Shown here in pieces: positions 41,266-50,773 of a stretch of 64,000 bases of DNA; positions within the stretch are counted from its first letter, which is position 1, and every line of letters begins with the position of its first letter. The stretch comes from Bacteroidia bacterium (lineage in GTDB: Bacteria; Bacteroidota; Bacteroidia; Bacteroidales; VadinHA17). The stretch spans positions 12,406 through 76,405 of the forward strand of contig JAPLED010000112.1 of the NCBI GenBank assembly GCA_026391475.1, given 5' to 3'. The position numbers were made by a program, and so were the translations under genes. The notes beneath the pieces are model-generated. The model did no database searches and was not told the origin of the DNA. It saw only the letters and a list, made by a program, of their open reading frames with translations.

Positions 41266-41340
41266 TATGGCCGGTTTGTCGCCCCGAAAGTAATGAAAAA
41301 ATTTGCAAATGAAAGTTGTAAATTCCTTAACATTCATAAA

Positions 41341-42183
41341 CTATATGGCTTTAAGGCTCATATCCAAACTTTTGATATGATGTGTAAGTGCGCCTACAGA
41401 AATGAAATCAACACCGCATTCTGCATAAGATCTTATAGTCGCAAGGGTAATGCCTCCTGAAGATTCTGTTTCAAATCTGCCTGCAATTTCTTTAACGGCC
41501 GAAAGGGTCTCGTTAATACTGAAATTGTCTAACATGATACGATCCACTCCCCCAACTGAAAGTATCGTTCTTACATCCTCAAGGCTTCTTGCTTCAATTT
41601 CAACCTTAAGGTTCATATTATTTCCCTTCAGATATTCCCTTGTCCTGATAATTGCTTTCTCAATTCCCCCTGCATAATCGATATGATTATCTTTAAGCAT
41701 TATCATATCAAATAATCCCATTCTGTGATTCATTCCTCCTCCAATCCTTACTGCCTCTTTTTCAAGAAATCTAAATCCGGGGGTGGTTTTTCGTGTATCA
41801 AGAATTTTTGTTTTCAACCCGTTGAGCTGACTGACATATTCATGAATGCTTGTCGCAATTCCGCTCATCCTTTGCATGATATTCAGAACAAGACGTTCCG
41901 ATTTCAGAATTGATTGCTGCCGACCTGAAATATAGAATGCAATATCTCCGGGAATCACACTGGCCCCGTCTTCTGATAAAATATCAAATTTCAGATCTTT
42001 ATCGATTGTGTTGAAGAGTATTCCGGCTACCCTGATGCCTGCAAGTATTCCTTTCTCTTTAATAAGAAGTTTTGCATTCCCGGTTGTATTCTCAGGTATA
42101 CATGCGAGTGATGAGTGATCGCCATCACCTAAATCCTCAGCGAGGCTTCTTAAAATGAATTCCCTGAGAATCCTATTTTCCAT
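41341..42183 (-). CDS. nadC: nicotinate-nucleotide diphosphorylase (carboxylating), quinolinate phosphoribosyltransferase
   Basis: MENRILREFILRSLAEDLGDGDHSS N-terminus plus LDTRKTTPG and KDNH motifs. I chose ATG 42183; the ORF track extends to 42354. Confidence 0.9.
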   Translation of the reverse strand: MENRILREFILRSLAEDLGDGDHSSLACIPENTTGNAKLLIKEKGILAGIRVAGILFNTIDKDLKFDILSEDGASVIPGDIAFYISGRQQSILKSERLVLNIMQRMSGIATSIHEYVSQLNGLKTKILDTRKTTPGFRFLEKEAVRIGGGMNHRMGLFDMIMLKDNHIDYAGGIEKAIIRTREYLKGNNMNLKVEIEARSLEDVRTILSVGGVDRIMLDNFSINETLSAVKEIAGRFETESSGGITLATIRSYAECGVDFISVGALTHHIKSLDMSLKAI

Positions 42184-42577
42184 TGTCAGGTTCAATACGT
42201 ATCTGATGAATAAGCAATTCCTGGTCAACTTTCTTAAGAAGAAAATAGACCCGGAAGTCTCCTTTCTCTGTCTTAAGATTGCCAATGGCATATTGAGCAT
42301 CATTTTTTGCGCCCTGATGAAGGATAGTAAAATCTTTAGTCTGGTATTCAGCAAAAAAATCTTTCAGAATTGTCTCTGCCACATTCTTTTTGTAGAAATC
42401 CTCCTTGTCGAGAAGAAGAAGTTCAATTGTAGAATTCATGTACTTCGATAATTCAGAAGCATTACCAGCCTTAATGGCTATTGAAATTCCTCCGGGTATT
42501 TTAGCCTGTTCCTGTGCTGTGGAAGTGAGACTGCTGAAAGCAATCAATACTAACGGAATTATATTTACGGATTTCAT
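42173..42577 (-). CDS. small secreted protein (DUF4783-like), function unknown
   Basis: Signal peptide MKSVNIIPLVLIAFSSLTSTAQE. 134 aa. Overlaps the nadC start by 11 nt. The family assignment is from memory of nadC-adjacent genes and is tentative. Confidence 0.5.
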   Translation of the reverse strand: MKSVNIIPLVLIAFSSLTSTAQEQAKIPGGISIAIKAGNASELSKYMNSTIELLLLDKEDFYKKNVAETILKDFFAEYQTKDFTILHQGAKNDAQYAIGNLKTEKGDFRVYFLLKKVDQELLIHQIRIEPDNGK

Positions 42578-42774
42578 TTCAATTCAGTTTAAATATTGCG
42601 GACTATTTAGATCAATGCACTACAAATTTAATACTAATTTGATTATGAAAGGCCTATTCTTATTAATCATACAGGAATTTCTTTATGCGACTTTGTGACT
42701 CTGTGCCTCATTATAAATTGTTATTTTTGTGAATAAGTGTCAAACACATTAGTAAATTTAGTTATGTTACAAGT

Positions 42775-43248
42775 ATGAAGATCGCTTTATTGCAGACAGG
42801 AAAAACAACAGATAAGCATATTGCAGAGGTGGTTGATCTTTATGCCAGCCGAATAAAGAAATATTCAGTTTTTGAGATCATCACTCTGGCTGATTTAAAG
42901 AATACAAGGAACATGTCTGTTCAGGAACAAAAGATGAAAGAGGGTAATAAAATTATTCAGTCAATCAGCGTTGATGACTATGTAATATTACTTGATGAGA
43001 GAGGTAAGGAGCTACGGACGGTTGAATTTTCAGGATGGGTTGAAAAGATTTTTATGCTTCCAAAAAAGCGGATTTTGTTTGTTATTGGCGGCCCTTGGGG
43101 TTTTTCTGATGAGGTCTATAGCAGTGCCGATTTCATGTTGTCTCTCTCAAAAATGACATTTCCTCATCAGCTGGTACGATTATTGTTTCTTGAACAACTT
43201 TACAGGGTATTTACGATTATTAAAGGAGAACCCTATCACCATGAATAA
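42775..43248 (+). CDS. rlmH: 23S rRNA (pseudouridine1915-N3)-methyltransferase
   Basis: 157 aa SPOUT fold with an IGGPWGFS motif and a ...EPYHHE C-terminus. Confidence 0.92.
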   Translation: MKIALLQTGKTTDKHIAEVVDLYASRIKKYSVFEIITLADLKNTRNMSVQEQKMKEGNKIIQSISVDDYVILLDERGKELRTVEFSGWVEKIFMLPKKRILFVIGGPWGFSDEVYSSADFMLSLSKMTFPHQLVRLLFLEQLYRVFTIIKGEPYHHE

Positions 43249-43265
43249 GGCATATACATAATATT

Positions 43266-46200
43266 ATGAGAGGGAACCGTTATAGAATATTTCTTATCAT
43301 TCTGACAGTTGTGGTGGTTTTAATGGCTCTTGCGGCAGAATCGCTTTTTTTCAGCGATTTTGAGTATCGCTTCAGGACAAAAATGTTCAATAAAACCCTC
43401 AGCGCGAAAGAAAAAATTCTTGAAGATTGCCTCAATGCAATGAAACCCATTCTTGCAATTAAAGATCATCACGGATCTGTTTCTGAAAATAATCTTTTTA
43501 CAATTGCCGAGCAGAATAAGATCACCATACTTGAATATTTTGACAATAAGCTTGTTTATTGGTCGGATAACGGGTTCTCTGTGCCTTCGGTACTTAATGA
43601 TTCACTGTACGCCAAACCATTGATATTTTTACAAAACGGATGGTTTTTACCTAAAACAGTACAAGCCGGTAATGAAAAAATAGTCGGTCTGTTAAGGTTA
43701 CATACCGATTATGGTTTTGAAAATGATATTATTAAAAGCGGGTTCGAAAAGGAATTCCATATCCCGGGAAATGTTGGCTTCAGTACAGATAAAAATGCTT
43801 CTGAATTTCATGTTTTTGATACTGCCGGCGATTTCCTTTTTTCCCTTTCTTTCCCGGAAGTGAGGGAGAATACTTTTTTTATTCTCATCCCACTGTGTTT
43901 ATGGACATGTGTATTTATTCTGCTTATTTTTCTTTCTCTCGAACTGGCTAAATTATTAGTCAATATGGGAAGAAACCGGCTCGCAGTAGGTTTTGTCCTG
44001 TTAGTTTTTTCTTTAATCTATATTCTTATTCTTATCACCGGGAGGCCTTCTGTGCTGTTTCAGACTGAACTTTTTTCTCCATACAGGTTTTCTTTTAATA
44101 ATGTTATTCCATCATTGGGCCACCTGGTACTGATCAGTATTCTGTCAGCCTGTTTTTCATATTTCATTTACAGCCATTTTCCACTTCAGGAACGACCAAG
44201 AGGAAAGAGAGTAAAGGATTATCTGTTCCTTACTATTTTGATGATTTGCGGAGCTTTTTTATTCAGTTGTTGTAACCTGATTTTCAGCCAACTGATTTCA
44301 AACTCGAATATCAATTTTGAAACTTATAAAGTACTGGAACTAAATGTGTTCAGTATTATAGGATTTGCAGCGATTATTTTACTGATGCTTGTCCCTGTGT
44401 TGTTTATGCTGAAGGCCTTTCAAATTGTAAAGCAATTCAGACAAAAAACAATCATTTTTTCGATTATCACATCTCTATTTGTGCCGGTTGTTCTTTTTTG
44501 TAATGACTCCGGGACATTTATTCCTTTTTCAGTTTTTTATATTGTTATTACAACCTCTCTGTGGATATCAGGGATTAAAAGAGCCGGAATATTTAATCTG
44601 ACTGTAATTTTTTCTCTGATTTTCGGAATCTATTCTCTCTATTTAATAGCAATACTTTCTGAAGAAAAAATAACTGAAAATCTTAAAATTCAGGCAGTCT
44701 CTTTTTCTACTGAAAATGACCCTGAAGCTGAGCATCTTTTACTCGATTTATGGCCGGTTTTAACAAATGACTCTGCTCTTGCCGGCATGATGAAGGTTGA
44801 TTACTTTGATAAGATTGATTTTGATAGGATATCAAGCTATTTGCAGGAAAAATATTTCATCGGTTATTGGAGGAATTTTTATTTTAACCCTCCTGTACTA
44901 TGCCGCAATGATCAGTCTTTACGGATAGATCAGGGAAATGAAGTATTTGAAAACTGTTTCAGCTTTTTTGAAGACCGTATCCGCCGGGATGGGCATCAGC
45001 TTACCGGCACAGGTTTTTATTTTATTGATAATCAGGGTGGGAGATCTTATTATATCGGTCGGTTATTTTTTAAAACGGGTAAAGAAACGTCGAACGGACT
45101 ATTCATTGAACTTTACAACGACGTTAATGTGTTCCAGGCGGGATATTCTGAACTTCTCCTTGATAAAAAATACCATGGATATGCAGGATTGAAGGATTAT
45201 TCATTTGCAAAATATATTAACGGAAAGATTGTACTCAGAACAGGTGAATTTCCATATGATGAGACTGATGCTGAATATGTAGGGGGAAATCCGGATTATA
45301 AATATTTTAAAACTGAAGGATTTAAGCATATTCTTTATAAGAACGGAAATGCGACGGTATTGATAAGCAGGACTGAACTTACTGCAAAGGATGTAATTAT
45401 ATCATTTGCATATTTATTCGCATTTATACTTCTCTTTTTTAATTTAGTATTATTGATTATCAGACGTCCTGAATTGAAGAACTCTTTTAATTTTAATTTC
45501 AGGCAGAAACTTCAGATGTCATTTATTGGCGTACTGATGTTTTCATTTCTGTTAATAGGAGGTGTTATTGCCTCATTCACCATCAGGCAATACCAGACCA
45601 AACATACAGATAATCTTAAGGAAAAGCTGAATTCGATTTACCTTGAACTTGAAGGTAAAATCGCAGTTGAGAAACATTTGTCATCTGATTGGAGCAACAG
45701 CAGTTACTCGTCTCTGAATGATCTTCTGATTAAATTTTCGAATGTCTTCAAAACTGATATCAACCTTTATGATCTGAACGGATTTTTAATTGCAACCTCA
45801 CGGCCGGAGATTTTTTTCCGTGATCTGACAAGCCGGCGGATAAATAATATGGCATATAATAATCTGTCGCACTTTACTAAAAGTGAGTTTTTTCAGAAGG
45901 AGAAGATAGGAAGTCTTGAATATATTTCAGCTTATGTTCCATTTTTCAACACCGACAACAAAGTTCTGGCTTATCTGAATCTTCCCTATTTCAGGATGCA
46001 AAGTGTTCTGGCAAAGGAGATTTCAAACCTGATAGTTGCTGTTATTAATTTCACACTACTCTTTATCGTTATTACAATGAGTCTTGCAGTATTTATCAGT
46101 GGCAGGCTAACATCTCCTCTGATGATGCTCGGAGATGGGCTGGCTTCTGTCGGGGTTGGCAAAAAAAGTGAACACCTCACATATAAAGGAAATGACGAAA

Positions 46201-46967
46201 TTGGTGAACTTGTTAAACAATACAACAGGATGGTTGATGAGATTGAAGAGAGTACCCACAAGCTGGCCAATTCGGAAAGAGAGTATGCATGGAGAGAGAT
46301 GGCCAAGCAGATTGCTCATGAGATAAAGAATCCGCTTACTCCAATGAAATTAAATGTGCAGCAGCTATTCAAGTCGTGGAATGATAAAGTTCCGGGATTT
46401 GAAAAGAAGCTTGAGCGTTTTACTAAAAACCAGATTGAGTATATTGATAACCTTTCGTCTATCGCATCGGCCTTTTCATCGTTTGCGAAAATGCCCGGGA
46501 CCAATCCCATGGAGGTTAATCTGCTCGACCAGATCAAAATAACTCTTGAACTTTTTAAGAACGCCGCCAACATAACCTTCCGGGTACATTGGCCACACGA
46601 AAGTAAGGTAATTATTTATGCTGATAAAGAGCATCTTAACGGAGTCTTTTCAAATCTTATCAAGAATGGGATACAATCAATTCCTCCGGGACGGGAAGGG
46701 CTGATAAAAGTTAACCTGGATGTTAAAAGCGATAAAGTTGTTGTTTCAATTTCAGATAATGGAACCGGGATTCCTGAAGATTTGCAGAAGAAGCTATTCA
46801 CTCCAAATTTTACAACCAAATCGTCGGGTATGGGGCTTGGTTTATCAATTGTAAAGAAATATATTGAAAGTGCAAACGGCAGAATATGGTTTGAGTCGGA
46901 TGCTGATAGGGGATCTGTTTTTTTTGTTGAATTGCCACTTATGTACACAGTTGAAAAATTGGGATGA
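43266..46967 (+). CDS. very large polytopic sensor histidine kinase (NtrY-like HisKA/HATPase core)
   Basis: 1233 aa. N-terminal TM, an extracytoplasmic region, a block of ~8 TM helices, a second extracytoplasmic region, two TM helices, a Cache/PDC-like region, one TM, then HAMP. H-box AHEIKNPLTPM. DNGTGI and GMGLGLS boxes. No receiver domain or adjacent regulator. Confidence 0.85.
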   Translation: MRGNRYRIFLIILTVVVVLMALAAESLFFSDFEYRFRTKMFNKTLSAKEKILEDCLNAMKPILAIKDHHGSVSENNLFTIAEQNKITILEYFDNKLVYWSDNGFSVPSVLNDSLYAKPLIFLQNGWFLPKTVQAGNEKIVGLLRLHTDYGFENDIIKSGFEKEFHIPGNVGFSTDKNASEFHVFDTAGDFLFSLSFPEVRENTFFILIPLCLWTCVFILLIFLSLELAKLLVNMGRNRLAVGFVLLVFSLIYILILITGRPSVLFQTELFSPYRFSFNNVIPSLGHLVLISILSACFSYFIYSHFPLQERPRGKRVKDYLFLTILMICGAFLFSCCNLIFSQLISNSNINFETYKVLELNVFSIIGFAAIILLMLVPVLFMLKAFQIVKQFRQKTIIFSIITSLFVPVVLFCNDSGTFIPFSVFYIVITTSLWISGIKRAGIFNLTVIFSLIFGIYSLYLIAILSEEKITENLKIQAVSFSTENDPEAEHLLLDLWPVLTNDSALAGMMKVDYFDKIDFDRISSYLQEKYFIGYWRNFYFNPPVLCRNDQSLRIDQGNEVFENCFSFFEDRIRRDGHQLTGTGFYFIDNQGGRSYYIGRLFFKTGKETSNGLFIELYNDVNVFQAGYSELLLDKKYHGYAGLKDYSFAKYINGKIVLRTGEFPYDETDAEYVGGNPDYKYFKTEGFKHILYKNGNATVLISRTELTAKDVIISFAYLFAFILLFFNLVLLIIRRPELKNSFNFNFRQKLQMSFIGVLMFSFLLIGGVIASFTIRQYQTKHTDNLKEKLNSIYLELEGKIAVEKHLSSDWSNSSYSSLNDLLIKFSNVFKTDINLYDLNGFLIATSRPEIFFRDLTSRRINNMAYNNLSHFTKSEFFQKEKIGSLEYISAYVPFFNTDNKVLAYLNLPYFRMQSVLAKEISNLIVAVINFTLLFIVITMSLAVFISGRLTSPLMMLGDGLASVGVGKKSEHLTYKGNDEIGELVKQYNRMVDEIEESTHKLANSEREYAWREMAKQIAHEIKNPLTPMKLNVQQLFKSWNDKVPGFEKKLERFTKNQIEYIDNLSSIASAFSSFAKMPGTNPMEVNLLDQIKITLELFKNAANITFRVHWPHESKVIIYADKEHLNGVFSNLIKNGIQSIPPGREGLIKVNLDVKSDKVVVSISDNGTGIPEDLQKKLFTPNFTTKSSGMGLGLSIVKKYIESANGRIWFESDADRGSVFFVELPLMYTVEKLG

Positions 46968-47035
46968 ACCCTGATTGACTGTGTAACTAATATAAAAAAA
47001 GACAAGGTTAAGAAGAAATGAATACATCCCGATAA

Positions 47036-47053
47036 ATATCGGGAATGAAATTT
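47036..47053. repeat. perfect-arm palindrome TCCCGATAAATATCGGGA
   Basis: It has the same 8-nt arms as the palindrome at 26050-26067. Located in the intergenic region downstream of the large kinase gene. Confidence 0.7.
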
Positions 47054-47195
47054 CTGGTGTTTTATCTTTTTTACAGAAGAATGGAAATATTTTTTCATCA
47101 CCCATTGTTGTTTAAAAACAAAATACTATTTTGGCATCATCAAATTAATCAAAGCAAGTTTGTTTAACACTACAACCTTATAAAACCTGACAAAT

Positions 47196-48755
47196 ATGAA
47201 AAATTCAATTAGAATTTCAAGAGTGATCCTATTTATCCTATCAATCTTTTTAATTCAATCCTGTGAGAAAAAGCCTACAGCTCCTGTTATTTCAACAACA
47301 GCTGTCACTGCAATTTCTTATACAACTGCTGCTTCAGGAGGAGAGGTGACAAATGAAGGAGGAGCTGCTGTAACAGCCAAAGGTGTCTGTTGGAATACAT
47401 CTCTTGACCCAACAACTACAAATAGTAAAACCACTGATGGAACAGGAATCGGGAGTTTTAGCAGTTCGCTTACCGGACTGACTGCAGGAACTGCATACTA
47501 TGTAAGAGCCTATGCTACGAACACAGCTGGTACAGGTTATGGTAATCAGGTTACATTTTCCACAAATCAGATTGCACTTGCTACATTAACAACAACCGCA
47601 ATTACCGCTATTACACAAACAACCGCAGTCTCAGGAGGAAATATTACAACTGATAATGGTGGGTCTGTGACCGTAAGAGGAGTATGTTGGAGCACATCAG
47701 CAAATCCTACAATCGCATTAAGTACAAAAACCACTGATGGAACAGGAACAGGAGCATTTACAAGTTCTATAACTGGTTTAACTGCCAATACTACATACTA
47801 TGTAAAGGCATATTCTACTAATAGTGCCGGAACAGCTTATGGGCTTGAAATTTCGTTTAAAACGTCTGCTTCCCTTCCAACATTAACAACAACTTCTGCA
47901 TCTGTAATAACTACAACTACCGCTTTGTCCGGAGGGAACATTACATCTGATGGTGGAGCGGCAGTCACGGCCAGAGGAGTTTGCTGGAGCACAGCTCAAA
48001 ATCCAACAACTTCTAACTATTATACTACTAATGGCTCTGGCATTGGTAGCTTCACCAGTTCCATTACATTGCTAACTACGAACACGACCTATTATATAAG
48101 GGCTTATGCAACTAATAGTGCAGGAACAAATTATGGGAATCAGGTAACTGCGATAACTCTCAGTCAGGATATTAAAAACATCGTTTCTGATGATGTACTG
48201 ACAATAATTACCAACTTAGGAATGCCCATGTACACAGGTAAGACTCCCCCTAATCTTGTTAATTATTACAAATTGTATCCGAATGCCCTGAAAAATTCCA
48301 ATATTCCAAACGACTATGCTTTTGGAACAACATTTTATCCTTTAAACTTTCGTTTTTATAATCGGGACAATAATACTCTTTCTGTTAAATTTGACTTTGC
48401 AGAAATAGGTAGTGGTGGTGGAACCGGAACAGGTAAAGGGGCTTTCATTTCGGGTAGTGGAAATAACTTTTCAGTATTTCTACAAGTTAATTATACTGCT
48501 TCTGGTCAGACATGTGATATGATTGAAGTCTTTTCCGGAACAATGACCAGCACAGGGATAAGAGATCTCTATTTTGCTCTCTTCATGGTCGATGACCATG
48601 GAGATCCAGCCGGTATTTGGATTGCAAACGGACAAGGTCGAGTATTCTACGACTCTGATGGTATGTCAGATATTATAGCAAGTCTTTCGTCAAAAAATAA
48701 TGATAGCACACCTGGAATTTCGGCTACAGCTGCACCCGGAGTCGGTGTCAAATAA
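47196..48755 (+). CDS. lipoprotein with three tandem ~100-aa Thr/Gly-rich Ig/FN3-like repeats and an uncharacterised C-terminal domain
   Basis: Lipobox FLIQSC. Each repeat contains ..SGG.(I/V)T..GG..VT.(K/R)GVCW(S/N)T...PT......T.G.G.G.F.S..T.LT..T.YY(V/I)(R/K)AY(A/S)TN(T/S)AGT.YG. Confidence 0.7.
   Translation: MKNSIRISRVILFILSIFLIQSCEKKPTAPVISTTAVTAISYTTAASGGEVTNEGGAAVTAKGVCWNTSLDPTTTNSKTTDGTGIGSFSSSLTGLTAGTAYYVRAYATNTAGTGYGNQVTFSTNQIALATLTTTAITAITQTTAVSGGNITTDNGGSVTVRGVCWSTSANPTIALSTKTTDGTGTGAFTSSITGLTANTTYYVKAYSTNSAGTAYGLEISFKTSASLPTLTTTSASVITTTTALSGGNITSDGGAAVTARGVCWSTAQNPTTSNYYTTNGSGIGSFTSSITLLTTNTTYYIRAYATNSAGTNYGNQVTAITLSQDIKNIVSDDVLTIITNLGMPMYTGKTPPNLVNYYKLYPNALKNSNIPNDYAFGTTFYPLNFRFYNRDNNTLSVKFDFAEIGSGGGTGTGKGAFISGSGNNFSVFLQVNYTASGQTCDMIEVFSGTMTSTGIRDLYFALFMVDDHGDPAGIWIANGQGRVFYDSDGMSDIIASLSSKNNDSTPGISATAAPGVGVK
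47277..48161 (+). repeat. three tandem in-frame coding repeats (~297-300 nt each)
   Basis: Protein repeats start near aa 31, 131 and 230. There are shared nucleotide strings, for example ACCACTGATGGAACAGGAA in units 1 and 2. Confidence 0.8.
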
Positions 48756-48830
48756 AAAACGTATCGTGTAATTTTCCGGTATCTGACGGCCCGGCAAAGG
48801 GACTTAATTCGACAGAGATAGCTATTTATC

Positions 48831-48874
48831 GACGCATGGCGCACGATGCACGACGCATGACGCATGGCTCACGG
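48831..48874. repeat. tandem heptanucleotide repeat (GACGCAT-like)x6
   Basis: Units read GACGCAT GGCGCAC GATGCAC GACGCAT GACGCAT GGCTCAC GG. The repeat ends directly against the stop codon (48875-48877) of the minus-strand gene. Confidence 0.8.
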
Positions 48875-49399
48875 TTAATTTTCATATAAGCCATTTACAG
48901 AAAGAGGTATCTCACACGTTGAAACTGTATTGCTCTTATTATCAGCTCTGTCTTTAATAAAAAAATCATACCTGATTATATTGGAATCTCCGGGTTTATA
49001 GAATGTGTAAAGGAAAGTAACTGAGATTGTTCCTTTCAATATTTTATTCTGCCCCAGCCTCTCCATGTAAGGTATCCTGTATGATGAAGGTTTTAACGGA
49101 TCATTATCCGGAGCAGGCACCATGTTTCCACCTGTTTTCCTGAAAAGAGTAAAGAACATATTTGTTGAATCAGTCTGATTTCCCGTAGGCTCCTCCAGTC
49201 CAAGATCTCCATCCCCGTCTTCAAAGTAGAATTTCAGTCTTCCTCCCTTTATACTGTTCCCAAGTATATCAAGAGTATCAAAAACAGTAAAACTGGTGAA
49301 TTCAATATGAGGAACAGCAGACAGTTGCACTATTTTCCGGCATGAACCCAGTGTCAGCGCAGTAATTAAAATTATGAACAGATACTTAATTGTTCTCAT
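48875..49399 (-). CDS. hypothetical small lipoprotein
   Basis: Lipobox LTLGSC. 174 aa and predicted beta-rich. No family was recognised. Confidence 0.6.
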   Translation of the reverse strand: MRTIKYLFIILITALTLGSCRKIVQLSAVPHIEFTSFTVFDTLDILGNSIKGGRLKFYFEDGDGDLGLEEPTGNQTDSTNMFFTLFRKTGGNMVPAPDNDPLKPSSYRIPYMERLGQNKILKGTISVTFLYTFYKPGDSNIIRYDFFIKDRADNKSNTVSTCEIPLSVNGLYEN

Positions 49400-49448
49400 G
49401 GTTTTTCAGGTAATAAATTTTCATGAACAAAAACCACACCAAATTTGA

Positions 49449-50753
49449 TTATTTTTTTCTGAAAAATATCCTAATTGGAACACCGGTAAACTCGAATTTC
49501 TCCCTCATCCTGTTTTCCAGATACCTCTTATATGGATCCTTCACATACTGGGGAAGGTTACAGAAAAATGCAAATGCAGGAGTATAAATCGGCAGTTGTG
49601 TTACATATTTGATCTTAACATATTTGCCTTTTAATGCCGGTGGCGGGTTATTCTTAACCACCTGGAGCATTACATCATTTAATTCCGAGGTACTGATCTT
49701 CCTGTTCCTGTTCAGGTTAACCTGCTCAATCAATTCAAGCACTTTGTGTATTCTTTGCTTGTTGATAGCTGAGATAAAAAGAATAGGGAAATCGGTGAAC
49801 GGAGCTGTTTTTTCTCTTATATCTTTTTCAAACAGGATTGTAGTATTATTTTCTTTTTCAATTAGATCCCATTTATTCACCAGCACTATCATGCCTTTGT
49901 TATTCTTTTGAATCAGCGACATGATATTAAGGTCCTGTGATTCGATCCCTCGTGTGGCATCGATCAGGAGGAGACAGATATCTGAATTTTCGATTGTTCT
50001 GACGGCTCTCATTACCGAATAAAATTCGATATCCTCGCTTACTTTTCCTTTCTTGCGTAAACCTGCGGTATCGACCAGAAGAAAATCGTGCTGGAATTTA
50101 TTATACCTTGTGTATATTGAATCACGTGTTGTTCCGGCAACCGGAGTGACAATATTTCTTTCTTCTCCGAGAAGAGAATTTACCAATGATGATTTGCCGA
50201 CATTCGGACGTCCTACGATTGCTATTCTTGGCAAATCCGGAATAAGTCCGGGCTCTTCTTCCGGCAAACTCTTCACAACGGCATCAAGCAGCTCTCCTGT
50301 GCCGCTTCCGTTCATGGAACTTAGCGGGAAATAATCTCCAAGGCCAAGGTTGTAAAATTCGGTGGCATCCATCAATCTTTCGCCATTGTCAACCTTGTTT
50401 ACGACAAGCATGACCTTCTTGTCAACTCTTCTGAGGAGAGAAGCTACCGACGTATCCAGATCGTGAATGCCGCAGGTTACATCAACCATAAAAATTATAA
50501 GATCTGCCTCTTCGATGGCAAGCAGTACCTGCTTATTTATCTCTTCTTCAAAAATATCCTCAGAGTTCTGAACATATCCCCCTGTATCGATTACTGAGAA
50601 GTCGATCCCATTCCAATGCGAAACCCCATAGTTGCGATCGCGGGTAACTCCGCTTATTTCGTCAACGATAGCTTCTCTTGAATCGGTAAGTCTGTTGAAG
50701 AGTGTCGATTTTCCTACATTGGGTCTGCCAACTATTGCAACTATTCTACTCAT
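49449..50753 (-). CDS. der: ribosome-associated GTPase Der/EngA
   Basis: Two tandem GTPase domains (GRPNVGKST twice; NKVD and NKWD motifs) and a KH-like C-terminus. Confidence 0.95.
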   Translation of the reverse strand: MSRIVAIVGRPNVGKSTLFNRLTDSREAIVDEISGVTRDRNYGVSHWNGIDFSVIDTGGYVQNSEDIFEEEINKQVLLAIEEADLIIFMVDVTCGIHDLDTSVASLLRRVDKKVMLVVNKVDNGERLMDATEFYNLGLGDYFPLSSMNGSGTGELLDAVVKSLPEEEPGLIPDLPRIAIVGRPNVGKSSLVNSLLGEERNIVTPVAGTTRDSIYTRYNKFQHDFLLVDTAGLRKKGKVSEDIEFYSVMRAVRTIENSDICLLLIDATRGIESQDLNIMSLIQKNNKGMIVLVNKWDLIEKENNTTILFEKDIREKTAPFTDFPILFISAINKQRIHKVLELIEQVNLNRNRKISTSELNDVMLQVVKNNPPPALKGKYVKIKYVTQLPIYTPAFAFFCNLPQYVKDPYKRYLENRMREKFEFTGVPIRIFFRKK

Positions 50754-50773
50754 AAGTTATTTTGAAATTCATC

